Both the position numbers and the translations under genes were made by a program. From an uncultured Fibrobacteria bacterium (lineage in GTDB: Bacteria > Fibrobacterota > Fibrobacteria > UBA11236), in NCBI GenBank assembly GCA_963716395.1, contig OY970309.1, forward strand, positions 3,328,001 to 3,392,000: a DNA stretch of 64,000 nt, read 5' to 3'. Under the pieces are notes generated by a model. The model was not told where the DNA came from, ran no database searches, and was given only the letters and a program-made list of their open reading frames with translations. Positions 38,968 to 47,963 of the stretch are shown one piece after another. Position 1 is the first letter of the stretch, and every line of letters starts with the position of its first letter.

Positions 38968-41900
38968 CAAAACACCGCCCTTAATTCCACCGACAATTTC
39001 TGATCCCAGGCCGCGCCTGGATCGAGACGGGCCAGGTAGCTGAAGTTGAGATGCAGATACGACTTCAGATCGGCCTGGGCCAGGGCTTCGATGCGGTGGG
39101 TGGAACCTTTGAGAAACCCGCCGGTGGAGAAATAACTGCCTTCCCCGACCCCGAACAAGTAATGCCAGGAATATTCCAGCGAGGCGCGGCCGCCGAAGAA
39201 CGATCCCTTTTCCACGCGCGCCGTAGGTGTGACGCTTTGCAAATCGAGCGGCGCACCGGCGTCGCTCCCCAACGTATGCGCGTAGGCGAATTCCGGTATC
39301 AAGGTGAAGGCATGGGAAAGATGGCGGTAGAGCGAGATGCTTCCCGACCCGTTCTGCACGTGGCTTTCCGATCCGGTTGCGTCGGAATCGCTTAACCCCT
39401 GGCTCAGCTTGACGCCGTAGTCGCCGTCGAGGGCGGCCTCCCAGCCTTCGGACCATTGCCAGCGGTACTCCCCCGAGCCGTCGGCGCTGCGCTGGCGCGC
39501 CGCGCTGAGCCCCGCTCCCTTGTCGTACTCGCGCTGCCAGCGAAACGTGGCTGAACGCTTGGTGGCCGCGCTGTGCCAGCGCAAGGTGGGCGCATAGCTG
39601 GCGCGGCCGGAGCGCACGGCTTCGATTTCATCGTCGGTCAGCCGCGGCAACGGCACCGGGTCGGCGGAACTGTCCTGCGCATCGGTTTGCACGTCGAAGC
39701 CGAGATCGACGTCGGCCAGTACACCGCCCACCCGCAGGGGCCAACGTCCCGGCGAGAGATCGACGTGCAGGCTCCATTGCAAATCCTGATAGGGCTGCAC
39801 CCCCAGGGTGCTGTCGCGCCGCAAGCCGATGAAGGCGTAGTCTCCGCCGGTTTCGACGTGTTGGTATACGTTCAGCAGCGAATCGTATTGGTAATCGCCC
39901 TGGCCCGGCGCCACCTTCTGATAAGCTTCGACCAGCGGCACTTCGGCGGTGCGGCTTACCTTGTAATGCGTCTGCATCCCGTACCCTTTGGGGTAGGCCG
40001 ACACGGTCAGGTTGGCTTCGGCCTGATCGTAGGTCGCTTCTTCGGGATCGTCGGCGCGCGCGCCGAAAGCATCGGGAAGCCAATCCTCGTGGTAGCTGCG
40101 CGACACGAAAAAATCGCCGCTGGCCGGGCCCCAGGCCAGCAGGCGCAGGCGTTCCGACACGCCGACGTCGCGCAACGAATCGCGCAGCGACCGATACCGG
40201 CCGGCGTAATTCGAGCGGCCCACTTGGCCGGTCACGTCGTTGGTCCAGACCCAGCGGTTGGCCAGGGTCGGGCTCTCCAACGAAGCTTCGGGCTGCCACA
40301 AATCGGACCAAGACTGTCCTCCCACCGGAATCGCGGTCAGCCATTCGTCACGCACCAACGCGAGTTTGGGACTCCATCCCGCCCACGAGGTTGCGGCCGA
40401 TGCCTGCTGGCGGTAATCGTCGCGCTGGTCGGGATCGCGGGCGAGCTTGGCCTCGGAGGACAGGTCGATGGTGGCGCGGGCCGTATGCAGGCCGGCGAAC
40501 ACTTCGCCCCGGCGCGAATCGGCCGAGGTATCGCCCAGGTGACCCTCGGCCAGGCCGCCTTCGGCACCGAATTGGAAGCCCGTCACCGGTTCCAGGGTCA
40601 AGCGCAATTTGTTGGCATCGAAGTTTTTCTCGCCCACCGCGGCGTCGAGATTCCAGGCGTCGCGAAAAGAACGCGCCTCCACCAGTTGATGGAAGGAGGC
40701 GAAGTCGGCGGAACGGTGCTCGTGCGTGGGTTCCAGCAGAAGGCGCCCGAAACCGCCTTGATCGATGGGCCGGCCGAAGCGGTTCACGCCCTGGTAACGC
40801 GTGGAATACCCGAAATCGGTCTGGTCATCGAGATGGGAATAAAGATTCTGATCGAAATAGCTGCCGAGTACGGTGAAACGCCCGTTCCCCCACTCGCCGC
40901 CTTGCCATGCGGCCGACCAGGCCGTGCTGGCCAGTTTCTGCGGCATGGGAATGGGTTGGCCGGTGGAATCGAGCACCGCGGAGTCGCCCAGGTTCTGGTA
41001 GCGCTGCAAGGTGGCCGAGTCGGGAGGCCCGGCGGTGGGATTGTCCTTGTCATCCCATTCCTGCGCGGCGCGTGCGGAAAAGCGGAAAGGCCCGACGGTG
41101 TCATCCACGCTGGTGGTCACGACGCTGCGCGGATACACGTCTTCGCTGTATTGAAATTCGGCCGAGAACAGGTCTTGGCCCGTAACCCAGAAACTGTTTA
41201 AAAAGTCGATGCGCCCCTGCGAATAGTCGATGGTGTAATCGGTACCACGCCGCAGCAACACACCATTGCGCCAAATGCGTTCGGTCCCGGCCAGCACGGT
41301 GATGTAGGTGCGGCCGTCGCGGCCGTAGAGATAGTAGCCCTGCTGTACACCGTCGATGCCGCGTAAGGTATCGGAGGTGAAGACCCCCTTGCTGAGCGCG
41401 TATTCGCCCGTGACGCCCATGCCCCCATGCGTATAGTGCAGACGGGCGCCTTCGGCTTTTTCGACGTAGCGATCCTCGCCGTCTCGGCCGTACCCGAGCA
41501 AATAATCGCCCAGCAGATATTCGTATTGGCTTCCGTACACGCGCAGGTATTTGTTGTCGATCTCGCGCAGGTTGGCCGTACTGCCGTCGGGCTGCGCGGG
41601 GACGTTTTGATCCGAAAGGCTGCCTTCGAGAAAAACGTTGGGCGCTACCTGGCCTTTGAGATTCACGAACAGCGAAGCGTCGAGCCCGACCGCGCCGCCC
41701 TGCCCCACGGTAACCGACAACGATTTGCTGCCCGACAGATCCAGGCGGGTGGCCCCAGTGTCAGTGGCGGCCGTGGCCGTGGAAACGGGCACCGCCAGCC
41801 CCGCCGCGCCCGGCACCTGATCGGGGCGCAGCACGGGCACGGCGGCCGTATCGTAAAGTCGTAGCCAGGGATGCGGCAAGGCCGGGGCCACGTGGTATAC

Positions 41901-42197
41901 GAAGCATACGGTGTCGGCGGAATCCGGAGTTGCGGCCAGCGCTAGAGCCGAGTCGCCCACCGCGCGAAAGTCTTGAGGCGGCAGCAGCGGCGCTCCGTTA
42001 CGCAAGACATCGAGATCGACCCCGAAGCCTCCCCAATCGGCGGCCCCGCGCGCGCGGAGAGTGTCGGGCAGAGGCCCGGCATAACATTCCCAGCGGCTGA
42101 TGGTTCCCGGCCGCTCCTGGGCGGGCCAGGCAGGCGGGGTCTGGAGCGGCGCGGGAAAGGCCGCCCAGAAATTCAGCAGAAGCGGGGTCCAGGTCAC
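38967..42197 (-). CDS. Large putative outer-membrane beta-barrel protein (SprA N-terminus-like motifs)
   Basis: SGSKSL, LSDQNVPAQPDGSTANLREID, VLAGTERIWRNG.LLRRGTDYTIDYSQGRIDF, terminal AVF; GTG start overlaps the upstream stop. Confidence 0.72.
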   Translation of the reverse strand: MTWTPLLLNFWAAFPAPLQTPPAWPAQERPGTISRWECYAGPLPDTLRARGAADWGGFGVDLDVLRNGAPLLPPQDFRAVGDSALALAATPDSADTVCFVYHVAPALPHPWLRLYDTAAVPVLRPDQVPGAAGLAVPVSTATAATDTGATRLDLSGSKSLSVTVGQGGAVGLDASLFVNLKGQVAPNVFLEGSLSDQNVPAQPDGSTANLREIDNKYLRVYGSQYEYLLGDYLLGYGRDGEDRYVEKAEGARLHYTHGGMGVTGEYALSKGVFTSDTLRGIDGVQQGYYLYGRDGRTYITVLAGTERIWRNGVLLRRGTDYTIDYSQGRIDFLNSFWVTGQDLFSAEFQYSEDVYPRSVVTTSVDDTVGPFRFSARAAQEWDDKDNPTAGPPDSATLQRYQNLGDSAVLDSTGQPIPMPQKLASTAWSAAWQGGEWGNGRFTVLGSYFDQNLYSHLDDQTDFGYSTRYQGVNRFGRPIDQGGFGRLLLEPTHEHRSADFASFHQLVEARSFRDAWNLDAAVGEKNFDANKLRLTLEPVTGFQFGAEGGLAEGHLGDTSADSRRGEVFAGLHTARATIDLSSEAKLARDPDQRDDYRQQASAATSWAGWSPKLALVRDEWLTAIPVGGQSWSDLWQPEASLESPTLANRWVWTNDVTGQVGRSNYAGRYRSLRDSLRDVGVSERLRLLAWGPASGDFFVSRSYHEDWLPDAFGARADDPEEATYDQAEANLTVSAYPKGYGMQTHYKVSRTAEVPLVEAYQKVAPGQGDYQYDSLLNVYQHVETGGDYAFIGLRRDSTLGVQPYQDLQWSLHVDLSPGRWPLRVGGVLADVDLGFDVQTDAQDSSADPVPLPRLTDDEIEAVRSGRASYAPTLRWHSAATKRSATFRWQREYDKGAGLSAARQRSADGSGEYRWQWSEGWEAALDGDYGVKLSQGLSDSDATGSESHVQNGSGSISLYRHLSHAFTLIPEFAYAHTLGSDAGAPLDLQSVTPTARVEKGSFFGGRASLEYSWHYLFGVGEGSYFSTGGFLKGSTHRIEALAQADLKSYLHLNFSYLARLDPGAAWDQKLSVELRAVF

Positions 42198-42991
42198 AAA
42201 GGCGCCGTCGTCAACCGCCTTTGCGCCGGACGGAATTGCAGAAGCAGGGCTGCGCTGCGCGCATCCTTCGCTTCCAGCACCCACTCCGAGGCCTGGGGAT
42301 CCCACACCATGCGCACCGGACCGCGCGCCGTTGTACCCGCACCTACGCGGTTCAAGGCGTCATCCAGCCGCATCGGGGAGCGCTGGGCTTGACAGGCCAA
42401 TCCCAAGCCGCCGGGATCTTGCCAGCAGGCATCCAGGCCCAAGGGCAGCCGGGTATGGTTGCGCAGCACCCAATCCGGCGCGCCTTCTCCACCATAGCGG
42501 TCGACATATTGCCAGGCTTCGCCGTCGAAATAATCGAGAAAGGTGAAAGAACCGTTGGCGCCGCGAAACACTTCCACCCGGCCGGGCTGGGCAGGTGGGA
42601 GCGCCGCAGGCAGGGGAAAGGTCGAAAGCAATTGGGCGCCGGTGTCGTAAAGGCATAACCGCTGCTGCCCCGCATCGACAAGGTAGAACTGGCCCATGCC
42701 CGCCCTCACCGCCTGCATGGGCCGAAACACGCCCCCGGGAGAAGAAAGGGTCAACCAACGATCGCCGCGATTCCATCCGTCGCCGCGCCAAGACGAATCC
42801 CCATCGGCCATTTTCTGATAGCGCAGCGCGTCGAAACGGAACAATAGCCAGCCGTGATCGGTGCGCAGCACGGCGTCGACTCCGTCAACTCCCGTATTTC
42901 CCCCGCCGCCGCCGGACGCCGCGCATCCCGCCAGTAGTAATGCGGCCAGACCCAGTGCGCAATAACTGCGCAGCTTGAGGCGACCTTGCAC
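42194..42991 (-). CDS. Putative lipoprotein (NHL/beta-propeller-like)
   Basis: Lipobox LLLAGC; FRPMQAV...FYLVDAGQQRLCLYD resembles an NHL blade. Start uncertain. Confidence 0.62.
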   Translation of the reverse strand: MQGRLKLRSYCALGLAALLLAGCAASGGGGGNTGVDGVDAVLRTDHGWLLFRFDALRYQKMADGDSSWRGDGWNRGDRWLTLSSPGGVFRPMQAVRAGMGQFYLVDAGQQRLCLYDTGAQLLSTFPLPAALPPAQPGRVEVFRGANGSFTFLDYFDGEAWQYVDRYGGEGAPDWVLRNHTRLPLGLDACWQDPGGLGLACQAQRSPMRLDDALNRVGAGTTARGPVRMVWDPQASEWVLEAKDARSAALLLQFRPAQRRLTTAPL

Positions 42992-43074
42992 AAGCCGCGC
43001 AATTCTTTGCGCAGCCGCTCGCGCGGGCGGCGGAAAAAGTGCGCCGCGCGCGCAAAAATGCCGGTTGACAACGA

Positions 43075-43090
43075 TGGCACACCGGTTGCG
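43075..43090 (+). promoter_or_regulatory. Sigma54 (-24/-12) promoter upstream of the ECF sigma factor
   Basis: TGGCAC-ACCGG-TTGCG, a near-consensus TGGCAC-N5-TTGC. Confidence 0.62.
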
Positions 43091-43103
43091 TAACCTCTTC
43101 GGC

Positions 43104-43652
43104 ATGAAAACGGAAACGCTGAACCCCGACATCTTCTCCACCGAACTCACCCGTTTGTACGCGCATTACCGCGAATTCGTGGCCCGCATCTGTGTTCGAT
43201 ATGTACAAAACCCCCACGAAGCCGAAGATCTGACGCAGGAGATCTTCCTTAAAGCGGGGTCGGCTTGGCAAGCTTTTCAAGGCCAATGTCAGCCGAGTAC
43301 TTGGTTGTATCGCGTGGCCGTGAACCATTGCCTGGATCACTTGCGGTGGAAAAAACGCCAGCGCGATTTACTCGATACCTATCGGGAAGATTCCGTAGTC
43401 GAGGAGGAGGAGGAAAAAGAAGAGGGTTCGCCGTCGGCCCTGCGGAAGGTGCTGGACCGCCTGCGCAGTGATATGGATCACATGGACGGCCAGGTTACTT
43501 ACCTACGCTTCGAATTGGGGCTTACCCATGAGGTCATCGGCAAGATTTGCAATGTATCGCGGGTCGCCATCACCAAACGGCTGGCGAAGATTACCGCCCG
43601 TGCTTCGGAGCTGCATCACGCCCTGGCCCGCGAAGAAGAAGCACTTGCATGA
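43104..43652 (+). CDS. ECF RNA polymerase sigma factor
   Basis: Region 2 AEDLTQEIFLKA...F.G....STWLYRVAVNHCLD; region 4 LRFELGLTHEVIG...VS. Confidence 0.9.
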   Translation: MKTETLNPDIFSTELTRLYAHYREFVARICVRYVQNPHEAEDLTQEIFLKAGSAWQAFQGQCQPSTWLYRVAVNHCLDHLRWKKRQRDLLDTYREDSVVEEEEEKEEGSPSALRKVLDRLRSDMDHMDGQVTYLRFELGLTHEVIGKICNVSRVAITKRLAKITARASELHHALAREEEALA

Positions 43653-43781
43653 CCTTTAAGGGAGGGAACCGGTCACGGCTCGGACACCAACCCAAGCCCA
43701 TACCCGCGCACGAGATCGTGGTCCGGTTCCCCCCGATTACTTTCCGCCCCGACGGGCGGCTCCGCACGGCACGAATGCGGA

Positions 43782-44519
43782 TCAACCGGCCCAGTGCACC
43801 ACCGCGAAAATAGACGCCGCACCCAGACAGGTCAGGCCGATGAGCAGAGCGGCCGTCCCCGTTCCGGCCCGCGAATGGGCTTCGGGAAGGATGTCGGCGG
43901 TGCCGATGTACAGGAGAAAACCCGCGAAGAAGCCGAGATAAACCACCAGGAAAAACGGTGGGGCCCGGAACACCAAGGTGGAAAGCGCGCCCAAGATCGG
44001 AGCCACCGCGTCCAGAATGAGCATCACCTTGGATCGAAAGGTGCTGTTACGGTTCACCAGCATCAGGCTGACGGTGTTGAGGCCGTCGCAAAAATCATGG
44101 GCGATGACGGCGATGGCCACCACCATGCCCACGGCCCGGGAAACCTGAAAGCCCAATCCGATGCCGACGCCGTCCATGAAACTGTGGCCCACCAGAGCCA
44201 AGGCCGACAAAACACCGACTTGCGGGTGATGGTGCTCGGGGTAATCGGTTTCATGGCTATGGTGCACCAACACGAATTTTTCCAGGCTGTGGAAAAACAG
44301 AAAACCGATCACCAAGGCAATCATTCCCGCCGTGGGATCGAGGGAACTCCGCCCGGCCTGCTGGAATATTTCCGGAAGGATGTCGAAGCTCACCACGCCC
44401 AACAACACGCCGGCGGTAAAGCTGAGAATGAAATGCAGGCGGTCGCGGAACTTCAAGGCGAACAATCCGCCGCATAGCGTCGAAAAAAAAGTTCCGAGGG
44501 AAAACAGCACAGCGATCAT
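43782..44519 (-). CDS. ZIP family metal transporter
   Basis: SFTAGVLLG, DILPE, His-rich loop HHSHE...HHH, HSFMDG, AHDFCDG, DILPEAH. Confidence 0.92.
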   Translation of the reverse strand: MIAVLFSLGTFFSTLCGGLFALKFRDRLHFILSFTAGVLLGVVSFDILPEIFQQAGRSSLDPTAGMIALVIGFLFFHSLEKFVLVHHSHETDYPEHHHPQVGVLSALALVGHSFMDGVGIGLGFQVSRAVGMVVAIAVIAHDFCDGLNTVSLMLVNRNSTFRSKVMLILDAVAPILGALSTLVFRAPPFFLVVYLGFFAGFLLYIGTADILPEAHSRAGTGTAALLIGLTCLGAASIFAVVHWAG

Positions 44520-44637
44520 GGATTCCGCGAGCGGAAGAACAGCACGAAAATGTAGAACCTCTATTCGTTGGACAAGACGGTAAGAATCCGGCCCGCGCTA
44601 TTGCCGCCGAAGGGACAGGAAGTAAAGGCGGAATTTT

Positions 44638-46236
44638 TCAGTATTTGAATTCGGCGGCCTTGATGCCGAAGCGGTTCAAGGCGTAGCGGAATTGGCGCAA
44701 GGAAACACCCAGCATGCGGGCGGCATGGGTTTGAATGCCGCCCGCATTATGCATGGCCTCGCGAATGTCCTTTTCGCGCAACGGCACGCGCTCATAGGGC
44801 TGGCGTTCCCGGCTGCGTCCCAGCATGGGACCGAAGGTGACCACGCCGGGCGCGGCGGCTACCGCGAGCTTGGGTGCGGGGTCTTCGGACGCCACCAAGG
44901 TTTCCAGAATGGGAATGTCCTTGGGAGTGAGCGTTTCGCCACCGGCCAACACCACGGTGCGCTCAATGGTGTTTTCGAGTTCGCGCACATTCCCGGGCCA
45001 AGGATAGTTTTCCAGAAATTCCATGACTTCGCGCGAAATCGAAACCCGCTTGCCGTATTTGGTCGTGAATTTTTTAAGGAACAAGCTGCACAGGGGCAAG
45101 ATGTCTTCGCGGCGGTTGCGCAGCGGGGGTACCTGCACCGGCACCACCATCAAGCGGTAATAAAAATCCTCGCGAAACTGCTTTTCCCGCACCAATTGTT
45201 CCAGGTTGGCGTTGGTGGCGCAGATCAGGCGTACGTCCGCGGTCAGGGTTTTGGATGAACCCACGCGTTCGAAAGTCCCGTCCTGAATCACGCGCAGCAG
45301 CTTGGCCTGGGTTTCCAGCGGCAGTTCGCCGATCTCATCCAGGAACAGGGTGCCGCCGTCGGCGGCTTCAAAGCGGCCGATGCGCTGGTTGAAGGCCCCG
45401 GTGAACGCCCCTTTCTCATGCCCGAACAATTCGCTTTCGATCAAAGTCGAAGGCAACGAAGCGCAATTCACCACGATGAAAGGATTGCGCTTGCGCGCGC
45501 TGGAATAATGGATGGTGCGCGCCAGCAGCGATTTGCCCGTGCCGCTCTCGCCGCGTAAGAGCACCGTGGCATCGATACCGGCCACCCGCCGCACCATATC
45601 GAGGGTTTTGGCCATGGGGGACGAATCGGCAATCATATTGTCCGGGTTGTAGCGCTCTTCCAATTCGAAGTGCAGTTCCTTATTCTCCTGCACGAGCTTG
45701 CTGTTCTCTTCGCGGATCATTTCCGCAATCCGCAAGGTCTGCGACAGCAGCGAGCCCACGATTTTCATCACGCGGATATCTTCATCGACCATGGTGGTGG
45801 AATGCGACGTGCGGTGCGCGGTCAACACGCCGACGGGACGTTCGTCGAGCAGCACGGGTACGGCGATGAAACCGATGCGGTAGAGGTTGAACTCTTCGGC
45901 ATTCTCGCGGGGAGTGGGAATGCCCACGACTTCTTCGTTGTCGGGGATGGCCATGGCCATGCCGTGGCTATAGACCCGGCCCACGAAGGTGTCGTCGATT
46001 TTATAAACCGCCGAACGGATTTCTTCGGGGGTAAACCCCACGCAGGCCTTGATCACCAGAAATTTGCGATCGGTCGAGGGCATCAGCAATGTGCCTCGCT
46101 CCAAATCAAGAACGTCGGAAAGCAAATGCAGGCATTGCTTGGCCACCTCGGTATAGTCCAAGGAGGAGCTGAAAAGCTTGCTGATTTCGGTCAAGGCCGT
46201 TAAGGTCCTGGCCTGATGTACCATGAAGTCCTTCAT
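44638..46236 (-). CDS. NifA-like sigma54-dependent activator (GAF-AAA+-HTH)
   Basis: N-terminal [45 protein letters not shown]-terminal Fis-type HTH. Confidence 0.92.
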   Translation of the reverse strand: MKDFMVHQARTLTALTEISKLFSSSLDYTEVAKQCLHLLSDVLDLERGTLLMPSTDRKFLVIKACVGFTPEEIRSAVYKIDDTFVGRVYSHGMAMAIPDNEEVVGIPTPRENAEEFNLYRIGFIAVPVLLDERPVGVLTAHRTSHSTTMVDEDIRVMKIVGSLLSQTLRIAEMIREENSKLVQENKELHFELEERYNPDNMIADSSPMAKTLDMVRRVAGIDATVLLRGESGTGKSLLARTIHYSSARKRNPFIVVNCASLPSTLIESELFGHEKGAFTGAFNQRIGRFEAADGGTLFLDEIGELPLETQAKLLRVIQDGTFERVGSSKTLTADVRLICATNANLEQLVREKQFREDFYYRLMVVPVQVPPLRNRREDILPLCSLFLKKFTTKYGKRVSISREVMEFLENYPWPGNVRELENTIERTVVLAGGETLTPKDIPILETLVASEDPAPKLAVAAAPGVVTFGPMLGRSRERQPYERVPLREKDIREAMHNAGGIQTHAARMLGVSLRQFRYALNRFGIKAAEFKY

Positions 46237-46385
46237 GACACTTCGCAATAATTGTTATTTACTGTCATGAAAAATCACTTATTGAATTCCATTTTTGTCA
46301 TTTAATCGGTCATTTCCTATCAAAATGAAAAAAGCAAAAATCGAACCACTCCATTACAAGTAAATATGTTTTAAAAATCAAAATA

Positions 46386-47882
46386 ATGTCAGGAGTAGGC
46401 GTGGAAATCGAAATTGAAAGCTTTGAAAAAAACTCCGCCACTTCGGCGGGATTATATGTGGTTTTGGCAGACAAGGAAAATCTGCTGGGTGAGCCTCCCG
46501 GCAATGAAAAAATCGCCTGGCAAACCTTGATCGACCAGGTACTGAAAAAACAAAGCAAAAAGCTGCTGGCTGCGGATCAAGAGCTCTTCCCTTTCGGTGA
46601 TCGTGGGCTCCTGGTTCTGCAACTGCCGAAAAAAAAAGGGCTGGATCGCTGGGATTGTTTACGACTGGCTGCTGGTTCGGCCTGGGAAACCGCCAAAAGC
46701 CGTTCCGCTAAAAATCTTTGCCTGTCCGTGAATCTCGCCGGAACGGAGGACATTCGGGCCATCCTGGAGGGTTTGCTCTATGCCGCCTATGACTTTCGCC
46801 CCTATAAAAGCGAGCCGCCGAAAAATTCCACTCCACCCGCGGTGAAGCTGTGGGTGAATTCCCAGGAAGTGAAATCGGCGCAAAACGTTTTGTCCGAAAC
46901 CCGCATCGTCTTCCGACATCTCGACCACCTGCGGGATTGGGTGAACACTCCCGGATCGGATTTGACCCCGCCGACCTTTGCCGCCATCGCCCAGGAATCG
47001 GCCCGCCGGCACGGGCTCGAAATCGTCGTTCGCGACGAGAAGAAGATTCACAAAGAAGGCTGGATGGGTCTTTGGACCGTGGGCAAAGGTTCGGATCATC
47101 CGCCGCGCTTGGTCACCTTGACCTACGCCGGTGGTGCGCCCAAGACGCGCGGGACCAATCACCTCTGCATCGTGGGCAAGGGCGTGACCTTCGATACCGG
47201 CGGCATCAGCCTCAAACCCGGGGCGGGTATGGCGGAAATGAAATGCGACATGGCCGGTGCCGCCACCGCCCTGGCGGCGGTTTGCGCCGCCGCCGAGTTG
47301 AAACTGCCGCTGCGCGTCAGCGCCGTCCTCTGTCTCGCCGAGAATCGTCCCGGTAATGCGGCCGTGCTGCCCGGCGATGTTTTCACGGCGCGCAACGGCA
47401 AAACCGTCATGGTCGACAATACCGACGCCGAAGGGCGCCTGGTGCTTTCCGACGGCTTGTTCGCTGCGGGCCAATTGCAGGCCACGCATGTCATCGACAT
47501 CGCCACCTTGACGGGTTCGGTGGTGCGCGCCCTGGGCCCGGCATTGGCCGGGCTCTTTGCCAATGATCGCGACTTCGGCGCCGCGATTCGCAGTATGGGT
47601 GAGCGCGTCTCGGAGAAGTTCTGGGAATTGCCGCTGGAAGAGGAGTATCGCGAGTGGCTCGATGATTCCACCGCCGACTTTAAAAACGTAAGCAGCAAAT
47701 CCGAAGCGGGGGCCATTATCGCCGCCTTGTTCCTGGCCGAATTCGTTCCAGCCGGCGCGAAATGGTCGCATTGGGATGTGGCCGGAACGGCCTTCATCAA
47801 CTCGAATTGGAAGTACTTCAAACCCGGCGCCACGGGTTTCGGCCTGAAAACCCTGATGCAAATCGCCCGCACCTTGGCATGA
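46386..47882 (+). CDS. pepA: Leucyl aminopeptidase (M17)
   Basis: VGKGVTFDTGGISLK, MKCDMAGA, NTDAEGRLVLSD, DIATLTG. Confidence 0.94.
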   Translation: MSGVGVEIEIESFEKNSATSAGLYVVLADKENLLGEPPGNEKIAWQTLIDQVLKKQSKKLLAADQELFPFGDRGLLVLQLPKKKGLDRWDCLRLAAGSAWETAKSRSAKNLCLSVNLAGTEDIRAILEGLLYAAYDFRPYKSEPPKNSTPPAVKLWVNSQEVKSAQNVLSETRIVFRHLDHLRDWVNTPGSDLTPPTFAAIAQESARRHGLEIVVRDEKKIHKEGWMGLWTVGKGSDHPPRLVTLTYAGGAPKTRGTNHLCIVGKGVTFDTGGISLKPGAGMAEMKCDMAGAATALAAVCAAAELKLPLRVSAVLCLAENRPGNAAVLPGDVFTARNGKTVMVDNTDAEGRLVLSDGLFAAGQLQATHVIDIATLTGSVVRALGPALAGLFANDRDFGAAIRSMGERVSEKFWELPLEEEYREWLDDSTADFKNVSSKSEAGAIIAALFLAEFVPAGAKWSHWDVAGTAFINSNWKYFKPGATGFGLKTLMQIARTLA

Positions 47883-47963
47883 AGTTGCCTGGGGCGCATG
47901 ATCCCGCGCCCAGGCACCAGGCCCGCCAAGGTCGATAAGGCCGCATTGTTATTTTTGCCCGGC

